From positions 25,710 through 89,709 of the forward strand of contig JAIQEV010000005.1 of NCBI GenBank assembly GCA_020073585.1: a DNA stretch of 64,000 nt. The letters are read 5' to 3'. The DNA comes from Terriglobia bacterium. Its GTDB lineage: Bacteria; Acidobacteriota; Terriglobia; Acidiferrales; UBA7541. Under the pieces are notes generated by a model. The model was not told the DNA's origin and ran no database searches. It worked only from the letters and a program-made list of their open reading frames with translations. This document shows positions 18,166 through 27,128 of this stretch, one piece after another (the stretch's first letter is position 1; every line of letters begins with the position of its first letter). The translations under genes were made by a program, and so were the position numbers.

Positions 18166-18298
18166 CGGACCGCGCGGCTCGCCGCAGGACGGCGGCTTCC
18201 CGCACGAACCCGGCCCTGTGCACCATAGAGCAATTCCGCAAATGCAAACCGCACTTTGTTCTTGCCTCCGCGCGCCGAGCTATGCAGAGTAGCGCGGG

Positions 18299-19630
18299 AT
18301 GATTCTGCGCCTATCGAGCCCGGCCGTGCGCTGGGCGTATCTGCTTATTTCGGCGGCCGTCGCCGTGGGGCTGGGCTATTTTTCGTTGCGCAACGCGTGG
18401 GCCGAGCACCAGGCCGACCCCCAGGAGGCGGCCGGCCTAGAGCGCGCCACCAAACTGGAGCCCGGCAACGCGCACCACTGGTATCTGCTGGGACGCTACT
18501 GGCAATACAACCTGGAGCAGCCGGACACCGCGCGGGCCATCGCGCTATACCAGCGGGCGCTTTCCCTGGAGCCGCACGCGGCGGGCATCTGGCTGGACCT
18601 CGCGGAATCCCAGGAAGCCGAAGGGGAGCTGAAGGCGGCGCGGGAGGCGTTTCTCGAGGCGCGCACGAATTATCCGGTGTCCGCGGACGTGGCGTGGCGC
18701 TACGGAAATTTTCTGCTGCGCCAGGGGGAGACGGACGCGGCGTTCGCGGAGATTCAGCGCAGCCTGGCGGAGGAGCCGAGGCGCGCGGCGGAAGCCATCT
18801 CGGTCTGCTGGCGGGCCAAGCCGGACATCCGGGTGCTGCTGGATCAGGCGCTGCCGGCCTCGCCGCAGGTCTATCTCAGCGTGATCGAAGTGTTCGCGCA
18901 GCAGTGGGAGACGGACGCAGCGCTGGCGGTGTGGCGGCGCCTGGCCGGGCTGCGGCCGAAGCTGGAGCTCAAGCAGGTGAACATCTTGGTGGACGCCTTG
19001 CTGGCCAAGCGGCAGGTGGCGGAGGCGCGCGAGGTGTGGACGCAGGCGCTGGATTTTGCCGGCGCTCCCCGGCCCGGCGATCCCGCGAAGTCGCTGATCT
19101 GGGACGGGGGCTTCGAAACGGGAGTGAGCGGCGGATTCGCGTGGCGCCTGCAGGCGGCGCAGGGAGCGCAGATGGACTTCGACAGCGAGGTGCGGCATTC
19201 GGGAAACCGCGCGCTGCGCATCCGCTTCGACGGCAAGCAGAACCCGCAGTTCGAAAATGTCTGCCAGTTCGTGGCCGTGACGCCGGAAACGCCGTATCAG
19301 CTGGAGGCCTGGATGCGCGCCAAATCGGTCACGACCGACCGGGGAGTTTACGTGCTGGTGCGCACCCCGGAGTTTCCCACCAATCCTCCGGCGATGACCG
19401 TGGATATGCGCGAAACGCAGCCGTGGACGCGGCTGGCCTTGTCCTGGACGGCCGGCAAGGACGTGCACCTCGCACAGGTGTGCCTGGGGCGGGCGATCAG
19501 CCAGAAACTGGACAACCAGATTTCCGGGACGGTATGGGTGGATGACTTCACGCTGACGCCGGAGAGCGCGCCGCGCGCGGCGTCCCCCGCCGCAAGCCCC
19601 GCGGAAGCCGCGGCAAAGGAACGGCCGTGA
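18299..19630 (+). CDS. Membrane-anchored TPR-repeat protein with C-terminal CBM4/9-like jelly-roll domain
   Basis: N-terminal TM WAYLLISAAVAVGLGYF. TPR-like AxxxYxxAL repeats. C-terminus DGGFETGVSGGFAWRL ... GTVWVDDFTLT resembles carbohydrate-binding modules. Confidence 0.7.
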   Translation: MILRLSSPAVRWAYLLISAAVAVGLGYFSLRNAWAEHQADPQEAAGLERATKLEPGNAHHWYLLGRYWQYNLEQPDTARAIALYQRALSLEPHAAGIWLDLAESQEAEGELKAAREAFLEARTNYPVSADVAWRYGNFLLRQGETDAAFAEIQRSLAEEPRRAAEAISVCWRAKPDIRVLLDQALPASPQVYLSVIEVFAQQWETDAALAVWRRLAGLRPKLELKQVNILVDALLAKRQVAEAREVWTQALDFAGAPRPGDPAKSLIWDGGFETGVSGGFAWRLQAAQGAQMDFDSEVRHSGNRALRIRFDGKQNPQFENVCQFVAVTPETPYQLEAWMRAKSVTTDRGVYVLVRTPEFPTNPPAMTVDMRETQPWTRLALSWTAGKDVHLAQVCLGRAISQKLDNQISGTVWVDDFTLTPESAPRAASPAASPAEAAAKERP

Positions 19631-20868
19631 AGTTTCTGCGCGCGGGCATCTGTGCGCTGCTGGCTTTTGCGGTGCTCACGCACGGGGCCGTCGAGGAATG
19701 GTCGGCGGCGGTGCTGGAAATCGGCGCCAGCGTTCTTTTCCTGGCCTGGGCGCTGAGCTCGCTCTTCTCCCAGGAAGAGGAGCTGCACATTCCCTCGCTG
19801 CTGCCACCGCTGGTGCTGCTCACGGGAGTAGGGGCGGGCCAGCTGCTGTTCCACACCACGCTGTACGCCTATCGCACGCGGATGGAGCTGCAGCTCCTGC
19901 TGACCTATGCGATTCTGCTTTTCGTGGCCGGGCAGGCGTATCGCACGCTGGCCGACTGGCGGGGATTCGTGTGGTTCGTGATGAGCATGGGCTTCGCGGT
20001 AGCGGTCTTCGGGATTCTGCAGCATCTGACCTTCAACGGAAAACTGTACTGGTTCCGGGAGATGCGCTACGGAGGCGTTCCCTTCGGGCCGTACGTGAAC
20101 CGCAACCACTTCGCGGGCCTGATGGAGATGGTCATTCCCGTGGGGCTGGCGCCGCTGGTTTTCGGGAAGGTGCGGCGGGAACGCTGGATGATGGTGGGGC
20201 TGCTGACGCTGCTGCCGATCGTGGCGCTGTTCCTGGCGGCGTCGCGGGGCGGAATCATCGCCTTTCTCGTGGAGTTGCTGGTGCTGGGGCTGCTGCTGGG
20301 GCTGCGGCGCAGCGGGGGCAAGCACGCCCTGGCGGGGGGATTGGTGCTGCTGCTGGCGCTGCTGCTGGTTTCCTGGGTGGGCGTGCAAGAAGCGCTGCAG
20401 CGCTTCGCGACGCTGCAAACGCTGGAGCTAAATTCGGACAAGCGGCTCTCCATGGCCCGGGACACCTGGCACATCTTTCTGGACTACCCGCTGGCCGGCA
20501 GCGGGCTGGGAACGCTGCAGAGCGTGTTCCCGAAGTACGACACGCTGTACGACGGAAAACTCGTGAACCACGCGCACAACGATTATCTCGAGGCCCTGGC
20601 GGAAACCGGGATTCTCGGCGGGATCTGCTGCGGGTTGTTTCTGGCGTTGCTGCTGGTGCGGGGGCTGCGGCGGCTGCTGAATCAGGAGAACTCCGCGGCG
20701 GCCGCGCTGCAATCGGGAGGACTGGTGGGCTGCGTGGGCATCCTGGTGCACAGCCTCGTGGATTTCAATCTGCATATTCCCTCGAACGCCCTGCTGTTTC
20801 TGCTGGTGGCCTACCTGGCGACGACGGGAATTCTTCCCTCGCCCCGTCCTTTTTACGCAACTCGTTGA
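19627..20868 (+). CDS. O-antigen ligase / Wzy_C-family polytopic membrane protein
   Basis: 413 aa, about 10-12 TM. Family signature region SRGGIIAFLVE and NHAHNDYLEALAETGILG. GTGA overlap with the TPR gene stop. Confidence 0.85.
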   Translation: MKFLRAGICALLAFAVLTHGAVEEWSAAVLEIGASVLFLAWALSSLFSQEEELHIPSLLPPLVLLTGVGAGQLLFHTTLYAYRTRMELQLLLTYAILLFVAGQAYRTLADWRGFVWFVMSMGFAVAVFGILQHLTFNGKLYWFREMRYGGVPFGPYVNRNHFAGLMEMVIPVGLAPLVFGKVRRERWMMVGLLTLLPIVALFLAASRGGIIAFLVELLVLGLLLGLRRSGGKHALAGGLVLLLALLLVSWVGVQEALQRFATLQTLELNSDKRLSMARDTWHIFLDYPLAGSGLGTLQSVFPKYDTLYDGKLVNHAHNDYLEALAETGILGGICCGLFLALLLVRGLRRLLNQENSAAAALQSGGLVGCVGILVHSLVDFNLHIPSNALLFLLVAYLATTGILPSPRPFYATR

Positions 20869-20891
20869 TTGACGCTCGGCGGTTCTCTGTA
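20865..20891 (+). promoter_or_regulatory. Possible sigma70 promoter upstream of the export gene
   Basis: TTGACG (20865-20870) and a perfect TATAAT (20886-20891), but the spacer is only 15 nt (19 nt from the alternative TTGATT). Confidence 0.3.
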
Positions 20892-20968
20892 TAATGGGCC
20901 GGGGGTCATCTACTCTGATGCAGCCAGCAAGCCTGGGTGCGCGCTACAGGTTTATTTGCGGCATCCCA

Positions 20969-22174
20969 ATGACTGGAATGCAGAAGCTATTGCTCTGCCT
21001 CTTGACGATGCTCGCCTGCGGCCCGGCGAGCCGGGCGCAGCAGCCGATCCTCGAGACCCCGGAACAGACCAACGAACGTCTGCGGGCCTTTTCCGCCGCG
21101 GCCCAGAGCGTCAAGCGCGACTACGTAATCGGCAACGGCGATCTCCTGGCGGTGGAAGTGTTCGACGTGCAGGAGTTGACGCGCGAGGCGCGCGTCAGCC
21201 AGACGGGCACGATCTCCCTGCCGTTGGTTCCCGTGCGCCTGCACCTCTCCGGGCTGACGGAACTCCAGGCGGAGCAGAAGATCGCGGAAGTGCTGGAGGC
21301 CAACGGCCTCATCTCGCACCCCCAGGTCAGCGTGTCGGTGAAAGAGAAAAAGAGCAAACCGATCATGGTCATGGGTGCGGTGGCGCACCCGCTGGTCTTT
21401 CAGGCCGACCATCCCACAACCCTGGTCGAAGCCCTCTCCCAGGCGGGCGGGATCGCGGCGGACGCGGGCAGCGTGGTGATCGTGACCCGCGCGGCCCGCC
21501 AGGCCTCGCCGGAAAGCGCGGGGGAGGCGGATGTTCCGGAAACGGGGGAGCGGGCGGGGGCGCCGGCGACGTCCCGGGCGAAGACCGAACCCGCCGCGGG
21601 CACGGGTCCCACAGCAGAGGGGGCACCGGCGGCCGCGAATCCTGCGCCGACAAGCGCAGCAACGCCAGCGGGTGCGGAAGCCGCCAAGAATCCTCCGGCG
21701 GCAGAGGATCTTTCCGCGCCGGCAGCGCCGCTGACCCTGACCATCAACCTCAACAACCTCCTGGAAACCGGAGATCAGCAGGACAACCTGCTGCTGGAAG
21801 GCGGAGACGTGGTCACCGTGCCGCACGGGGGCGTCGTGTATGTCATCGGCGCGGTGGGGCATCCGGGGGGATTCGTCCTGGCGGGCGACCGCACGCAGAT
21901 GAGCACGCTCAAGATTCTTTCCCTCGCCGGGGGCTTGCGGAGCACGGCCAAGGCCGATTCCGCGGTCATTCTCCGCAAAGACCAGACGGGGCAGCAGCGG
22001 GAGCTGGTGGTGCATCTGAATAAAATCATGCAGCGGCAGACCGAGGATGTGGCGCTGCTGCCCAACGACATTCTGTTCGTCCCCGAAAGCAATGGAAAGC
22101 GCGCAGCGTACCGAATCGCCGAACTCGCCCTGGGCATTGGCGCGGCGGTGGCCCTGTTCCGCGTGACGCATTAG
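20969..22174 (+). CDS. Polysaccharide export protein (Wza/OPX family: Poly_export plus SLBB) with a low-complexity insertion
   Basis: Signal/lipobox-like MQKLLLCLLTMLACGPA. DYVIGNGDLLAVEVF...ISLPLVP (Poly_export). GDVVTVPHGGVVYVIGAV (SLBB). C-terminal amphipathic helix. Confidence 0.85.
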   Translation: MTGMQKLLLCLLTMLACGPASRAQQPILETPEQTNERLRAFSAAAQSVKRDYVIGNGDLLAVEVFDVQELTREARVSQTGTISLPLVPVRLHLSGLTELQAEQKIAEVLEANGLISHPQVSVSVKEKKSKPIMVMGAVAHPLVFQADHPTTLVEALSQAGGIAADAGSVVIVTRAARQASPESAGEADVPETGERAGAPATSRAKTEPAAGTGPTAEGAPAAANPAPTSAATPAGAEAAKNPPAAEDLSAPAAPLTLTINLNNLLETGDQQDNLLLEGGDVVTVPHGGVVYVIGAVGHPGGFVLAGDRTQMSTLKILSLAGGLRSTAKADSAVILRKDQTGQQRELVVHLNKIMQRQTEDVALLPNDILFVPESNGKRAAYRIAELALGIGAAVALFRVTH

Positions 22175-22179
22175 GAAAA

Positions 22180-24534
22180 ATGATGGACGACAACCAGAAG
22201 TTGGTGCCCCTGGATAACGGAGCGAACGGCGCAAACGGCGCGCATGGCGCGCTGGAGGTGCTCCCGTTGTCCGCGCGCATGCCCACGCTGGACCTGCTGC
22301 CCCGCGAGCCGCATCTCTACGATTACGTGCTGATTCTGCGGAAGCATCAGTGGCTGATAGTCTCGTTTTTGCTGGCGGTGGTGACGCTGGTGTCCATCGC
22401 GACGTTCCGCATGTCCCCGGTGTACATCGCCACAGCGCGCATCGAGATCGACCGGGAAAACCCGAACACCCTGGGATTCCAGGGCGGGGACCCTTACGCG
22501 GCGATGATCGATCAGGACAATTACATCGAGACGCAGTCCAAGATCCTGACCAGCGAGACGCTGGCGCTGCAAACCATCCGCAATCTCAACCTGGCCGGGA
22601 ATCCCGCGTTTTCCCCGTCGGGCAAGGTGTCCGAGGCCATCCGCAGCGGCAGCCTGGCCAACCAGAAGCGCCCACCGGAGCTGGCCGCGTTTCTGTCCGG
22701 TCTGAGCGTGAAGCGGGTGATGAACAGCCAGTTGCTGGACGTGGCGTACGAATCCACCGATCCGCAACTGGCCGCGCGCATCCTCAATGCGCATCTGGAA
22801 AATTTCATCGAGCAGAATTACCGCAGCCGCTACGATGCCACGACCCAGGCTTCCGGCTGGCTTTCCGACCAGCTCAGCGAACTGCGCATCAAGGTGGAGA
22901 AGTCGGAAGACGCGCGCATCGCCTACGAGCGCGAGAACTCCATCTGGACCCTAGATGACAAGCAGAGCATCGCCACGCAGCGGCTGGGGGACATCAACAA
23001 GGAGCTGACCGAAGCGCAGAGCGACCGCATGAAGAAGGAGGCGCTCTACCAGCTGGCGCAAACCGGCAGCTTCGGTGCGCTGCCCCAGGCTCGCGACAGC
23101 TCGGGCATGCAGGACCTCCAGAAGCTGCGCACCCAGGCCTACACCGACTACACCGCGGCGCTGAACCAGTACGGGCCGAATTTTCCGCGGGTGCAGCGGC
23201 TGAACGCGCAGCTCAAGGAATACGACCAGCTCCTGGAGGCCGAAAAGAAGAACATCTTCAACCGCATCGAAAGCGAGTACCGCACGGCGCGCCAGCGGGA
23301 ACTGCTCCTGAACGAGGCCCTGGAAAAACAGAAGGCGGAGGCCAACCAGCAGGCCGAGCGCCTGGTGCAGTATAATATTCTGCGGCGCGAAGCCGAGGCC
23401 AACAAGCAGCTCTACGAGGGCCTGCTCACCAAGCTGAAAGAGGCGAGCATCTCCGCGGGGCTGCGTTCGTCGAACATCCGGGTGGTGGATCCGGCGATGA
23501 TACCCTCGACGCCAGCGCGCCCCTCGAAGACGCGCAATATTGCGCTGTCCATTCTGGTGGGACTGGTCGGAGGGATCGGGCTGGCCCTGGCGCGGGAATA
23601 TCTGGACAATACCGTGAAATCGCCGGATGACATCGAGATGCTGGCGCGGCTGCCGTCGCTCGCGGTGGTGCCGGCGTTTGACGGCGCGAACGGAAACGGC
23701 CGCGGCATGCGCCTGCTGGCGGGACGGGCGGGGAGCGTGAACCATGCGCATATCGAACTGGTCTCGCATCACCTGCCGAAGTCGCAGACGTCGGAAGCGT
23801 TTCGCGCGTTGCGCACGGCGCTGCTGCTCTCGCAGGCCGGAAAACCACCGCAGGTGATCATGGTGACCAGCGCGCTGCCGCGCGAAGGAAAAACCACGGC
23901 GGCGGCCAACCTGGCAGTGACCCTGGCGCAACTGGGCGACAAAACCGTGCTGGTGGATGCCGACCTGCGCAAGCCCGGCGTGGGGCGCGTCCTCAATCTG
24001 GGGGACGGCAAATACGCGGGGCTCAGCTCCTACCTGGCGGGCGTTTCCAGCCTGGACCTGGTGACCGTGCAGCACCCCCTCATCGAGAATCTCCTGGCCA
24101 TTCCCACCGGCCCGCTGCCCCCCAATCCCGCCGACCTGCTCTCATCGCGCAAGATGGCGGAAGCCATCACCGAGCTGCGCAAGAAGTACAAATTCATCGT
24201 CATTGACACGCCGCCGGTCATGGCCGTGACCGACGCGGTGATCCTTTCGGTGCTGGCGGACGGGGTGCTGCTGGTGGTGCGCAGCGGGGAAACGCCCAAG
24301 GGGGCCTTCACCCGCACGCGGGACCTGCTCTACAGCGTGAAGTGCCGGATTCTCGGCGTGGTTTTGAACGCCGTGGATTCCAGCGCACCCGACTACTACT
24401 ACTCCTATCGCTACTACCCCTATTCCTACGGCTACGGGCTGGAGAATGAAGGCGACGGCGCGGCGGAAACCCCTTCGCTCGCGACACGCAGCTCGCACCG
24501 CCATTCGTTGGATGATGATTCCCAGGCTCTCTAA
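22180..24534 (+). CDS. Polysaccharide co-polymerase / tyrosine autokinase (Wzc / GumC-plus-CapB type, PCP-2a)
   Basis: Wzz-type N-terminus with 2 TM and a long coiled coil. Kinase Walker A SALPREGKTTAAANLA, A' VLVDADLRKP, B FIVIDTPPV. Tyr-rich tail YYYSYRYYPYSYGYG. Confidence 0.9.
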   Translation: MMDDNQKLVPLDNGANGANGAHGALEVLPLSARMPTLDLLPREPHLYDYVLILRKHQWLIVSFLLAVVTLVSIATFRMSPVYIATARIEIDRENPNTLGFQGGDPYAAMIDQDNYIETQSKILTSETLALQTIRNLNLAGNPAFSPSGKVSEAIRSGSLANQKRPPELAAFLSGLSVKRVMNSQLLDVAYESTDPQLAARILNAHLENFIEQNYRSRYDATTQASGWLSDQLSELRIKVEKSEDARIAYERENSIWTLDDKQSIATQRLGDINKELTEAQSDRMKKEALYQLAQTGSFGALPQARDSSGMQDLQKLRTQAYTDYTAALNQYGPNFPRVQRLNAQLKEYDQLLEAEKKNIFNRIESEYRTARQRELLLNEALEKQKAEANQQAERLVQYNILRREAEANKQLYEGLLTKLKEASISAGLRSSNIRVVDPAMIPSTPARPSKTRNIALSILVGLVGGIGLALAREYLDNTVKSPDDIEMLARLPSLAVVPAFDGANGNGRGMRLLAGRAGSVNHAHIELVSHHLPKSQTSEAFRALRTALLLSQAGKPPQVIMVTSALPREGKTTAAANLAVTLAQLGDKTVLVDADLRKPGVGRVLNLGDGKYAGLSSYLAGVSSLDLVTVQHPLIENLLAIPTGPLPPNPADLLSSRKMAEAITELRKKYKFIVIDTPPVMAVTDAVILSVLADGVLLVVRSGETPKGAFTRTRDLLYSVKCRILGVVLNAVDSSAPDYYYSYRYYPYSYGYGLENEGDGAAETPSLATRSSHRHSLDDDSQAL

Positions 24535-24543
24535 GGAGGATTT

Positions 24544-25551
24544 GTGCGCTATCTGATTACGGGAGGCGCCGGCTTTGTCGGTTCGCATCTGGCGGAGAAA
24601 CTCCTGGAGCGCGGCGATTCGGTGGTCCTGCTGGACAACCTGTCCACGGGCAGCATGGAGAACATCCGGCACCTGAAGAGCTTCGAGCGCTTGCAGTACC
24701 ATCTCGATTCGATCGAGAACAAGCAGGTGCTGGCGGAGCTGGTGGATGACGCCGACATCGTGGTGCACCTGGCGGCGGCGGTGGGCGTGCGCCTGATTGT
24801 GGAAAGCCCCGTGCGCACCATCGAAACCAACGTCAACGGCACGCAGCTGATCCTGGAAGCGGCGCACAAGAAGCGCAAGCTGGTGCTCACGGCCTCGACC
24901 TCGGAAGTCTACGGCAAGAACACCCAGGTGCCGTTCCACGAGGACGCCGACCTGGTGCTGGGGCCGACGACCAAGGGGCGCTGGAGCTACGCCGCGTCCA
25001 AGGCCCTGGATGAATTCCTGGCCCTGGCCTACTGGAAAGAGAAGAAGCTGCCGGTGATCGTGGTGCGCTTGTTCAATACCGTGGGGCCGCGCCAGACCGG
25101 GCGCTACGGGATGGTGCTGCCGAGCTTCGTGAACCAGGCGCTGGAGCACCAGCCGATCACCGTCTACGGATCGGGCAAGCAGTCGCGCTGCTTCTGCGAC
25201 GTGCGCGACACTGTCGGGGGGCTGATCCGGTTGATGGACTGCGAGCGGGCCATCGGGGAGGTCGTGAACATCGGCAACACCGAGGAGATCACCATCGAGG
25301 GCCTGGCGCAGGTGGTGAAGGAGCGCACGCAGAGCCGTTCCGAAATCGTCTACGTGCCCTACGAGCAGGCGTACGAGCCGGGTTTCGAAGACATGCAGCG
25401 GCGCGTGCCCTGCGTGGACAAGCTGCACGCGCTCACGGGATTCCGCCCGCAGACTCCCCTGAGCGAAATCGTGGACCGGGTGAGCGCGTACTTCCGGGAG
25501 AAGCGGGCCGCCGCGGCGGCCCCGCGTACGGTGGCCAGCTCCGCCGATTGA
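24544..25551 (+). CDS. NAD-dependent nucleotide-sugar epimerase/dehydratase (UXS/ArnA-C-terminal-like SDR)
   Basis: GTG start after AAGGAGGA. ITGGAGFVGSHL, STSEVYG, YAASKAL (YxxxK), RLFNTVGPRQ. Confidence 0.85.
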   Translation: MRYLITGGAGFVGSHLAEKLLERGDSVVLLDNLSTGSMENIRHLKSFERLQYHLDSIENKQVLAELVDDADIVVHLAAAVGVRLIVESPVRTIETNVNGTQLILEAAHKKRKLVLTASTSEVYGKNTQVPFHEDADLVLGPTTKGRWSYAASKALDEFLALAYWKEKKLPVIVVRLFNTVGPRQTGRYGMVLPSFVNQALEHQPITVYGSGKQSRCFCDVRDTVGGLIRLMDCERAIGEVVNIGNTEEITIEGLAQVVKERTQSRSEIVYVPYEQAYEPGFEDMQRRVPCVDKLHALTGFRPQTPLSEIVDRVSAYFREKRAAAAAPRTVASSAD

Positions 25552-25614
25552 GAAGCGCGGGCATCCGGGGGACGGCGGGAAATCTTTCCCGGAACAGGGA
25601 GCAACAGGTCTGGC

Positions 25615-27123
25615 ATGAAACACGCACTGACACTTGCGGTTCTGGTTCCAGTCTATAACGAGCAGTTTCTGGTCCAGGCCAGCCTCGAGCGCTTGCTGCC
25701 GCTCGGCGATTCGCCGCTCCTCGAGCGCGTCCAGATCATCGTGGTCAATGACGGCTCGTCCGATGAGACGTCCGCGGCCCTGGAGGAGTTCCGCCGCGCG
25801 GTGTGCGCCTCCCCGCATCCCAAACTGGAGTGGCTCTTCCTGCAGCACGAGAAAAACCAGGGCAAGGCCGCGGCCATCCACACGGCCCTGGCGCAGGCCG
25901 ACACGGAACTGACGGTTATCCACGACGCGGATCTGGAATACCATCCCGGGGACCTGCTGAAGATGGTCCAGGTTTTTGTCGAGGAACAGGCGGACGCCGT
26001 TTTCGGATCGCGCTTCCTCTCCGCGGATTACCGCCGCGTGCTGTTCTTCCGCCATGAAATCGGCAACCGCATTCTCACCCTGTTTTCCAACCTGGTCTCC
26101 GATCTCAATCTCACGGACATGGAGACCTGCTACAAGATGGTGCGCACCTCGCTGCTCAAGAGCATCCCGCTCAGCGGGCAGGGTTTTGCCATCGAGCCGG
26201 AGATCGCCATCAAGCTGGCCAAGCGCGGCGCGCGCATCTTTGAAGTGCCCATCCGCTATTCCGGGCGGACCTATCAGGAAGGCAAGAAGATCGGCTGGAA
26301 GGACGGCGTGCGCGCCATCCTGGCCATCCTGCGTTATGCCTATTCCGACCACATCTACGCCGAGGATAAGTATGGCAGCCAGATTCTCGGGCGCCTGAAC
26401 CGCGCCCCGCGCTTCACCAAGTGGATGGCCGACACCATCCGCCCCTACGTCGGCAGCCGGGTCCTGGAGATCGGCGCCGGCGTCGGCAATCTCACCCTGC
26501 AATTCATCCCGCGCACGCTGTACTGGGCCACCGACATCAATCCTCTCTATATCACCTGCCTGGAGAACCTCAGCCAGAATCGCCCGTACATGCGCGTGGG
26601 CTTCACCGACGGAGAAAAGGCCGGCTCGTATCCGCTGGAAGAAAAATTCGATACCGTCATCTGCCTGAACGTCGTGGAACACCTGGCCGACGACGCCGCC
26701 GCGCTGAAGAATATCCGCGAAGTCCTGCAAGCAGACGGGCGGGCCATCATCCTGGTGCCGTGCGGGCCGTGGCTGTTCGGTACCCTGGACGAAGTGCTGG
26801 GCCACTACCGGCGGTATACGCGCAGGCAATTGCAGGAGGTCGCGGAGCGTGCCGGCCTGCATGTGCAGGAACTCGTTTCCTTCAACCGCGTGGGCGTGCT
26901 GGCCTGGTGGCTGAACGGACGTCTGCTGCGGAGAAAAACTTTCGGTCTGTGGCAGATCAAGATGCTCAACCTGCTGACCCCGCTCTTCCGCCGCGTGGAC
27001 CGCTGGCTGCCGCTGCCGCCGCTCTCGCTCATCGCCGTCTTGAGTAAGACCGCTCCCGAACCAATTGCGGTTCCGGTGCGGATTCCGCGGATCGAATCTG
27101 TCGTGCCCGAAACCACGGACTGA
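25615..27123 (+). CDS. Fusion protein: GT2 polyprenyl-phosphate-sugar-synthase-like glycosyltransferase (N) plus class I SAM methyltransferase (C)
   Basis: N-terminus: LAVLVPVYNEQ, IIVVNDGSSDET, HDADLEYHP, FGSRF (DPM1/GtrB/ArnC-like). C-terminus: VLEIGAGVGNLT, FDTVICLNVVEHLADD, GRAIILVP. Confidence 0.85.
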   Translation: MKHALTLAVLVPVYNEQFLVQASLERLLPLGDSPLLERVQIIVVNDGSSDETSAALEEFRRAVCASPHPKLEWLFLQHEKNQGKAAAIHTALAQADTELTVIHDADLEYHPGDLLKMVQVFVEEQADAVFGSRFLSADYRRVLFFRHEIGNRILTLFSNLVSDLNLTDMETCYKMVRTSLLKSIPLSGQGFAIEPEIAIKLAKRGARIFEVPIRYSGRTYQEGKKIGWKDGVRAILAILRYAYSDHIYAEDKYGSQILGRLNRAPRFTKWMADTIRPYVGSRVLEIGAGVGNLTLQFIPRTLYWATDINPLYITCLENLSQNRPYMRVGFTDGEKAGSYPLEEKFDTVICLNVVEHLADDAAALKNIREVLQADGRAIILVPCGPWLFGTLDEVLGHYRRYTRRQLQEVAERAGLHVQELVSFNRVGVLAWWLNGRLLRRKTFGLWQIKMLNLLTPLFRRVDRWLPLPPLSLIAVLSKTAPEPIAVPVRIPRIESVVPETTD

Positions 27124-27128
27124 GTACG

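Noticed and set aside
20869-22023. 384-aa and 118-aa alternative-frame ORFs overlapping the Wza-like gene (Arg/Gly/Pro-rich).
   Set aside because: The Wza frame carries Poly_export/SLBB motifs. The alternative frames are low complexity and arise from the GC-rich Pro/Ala insertion region.
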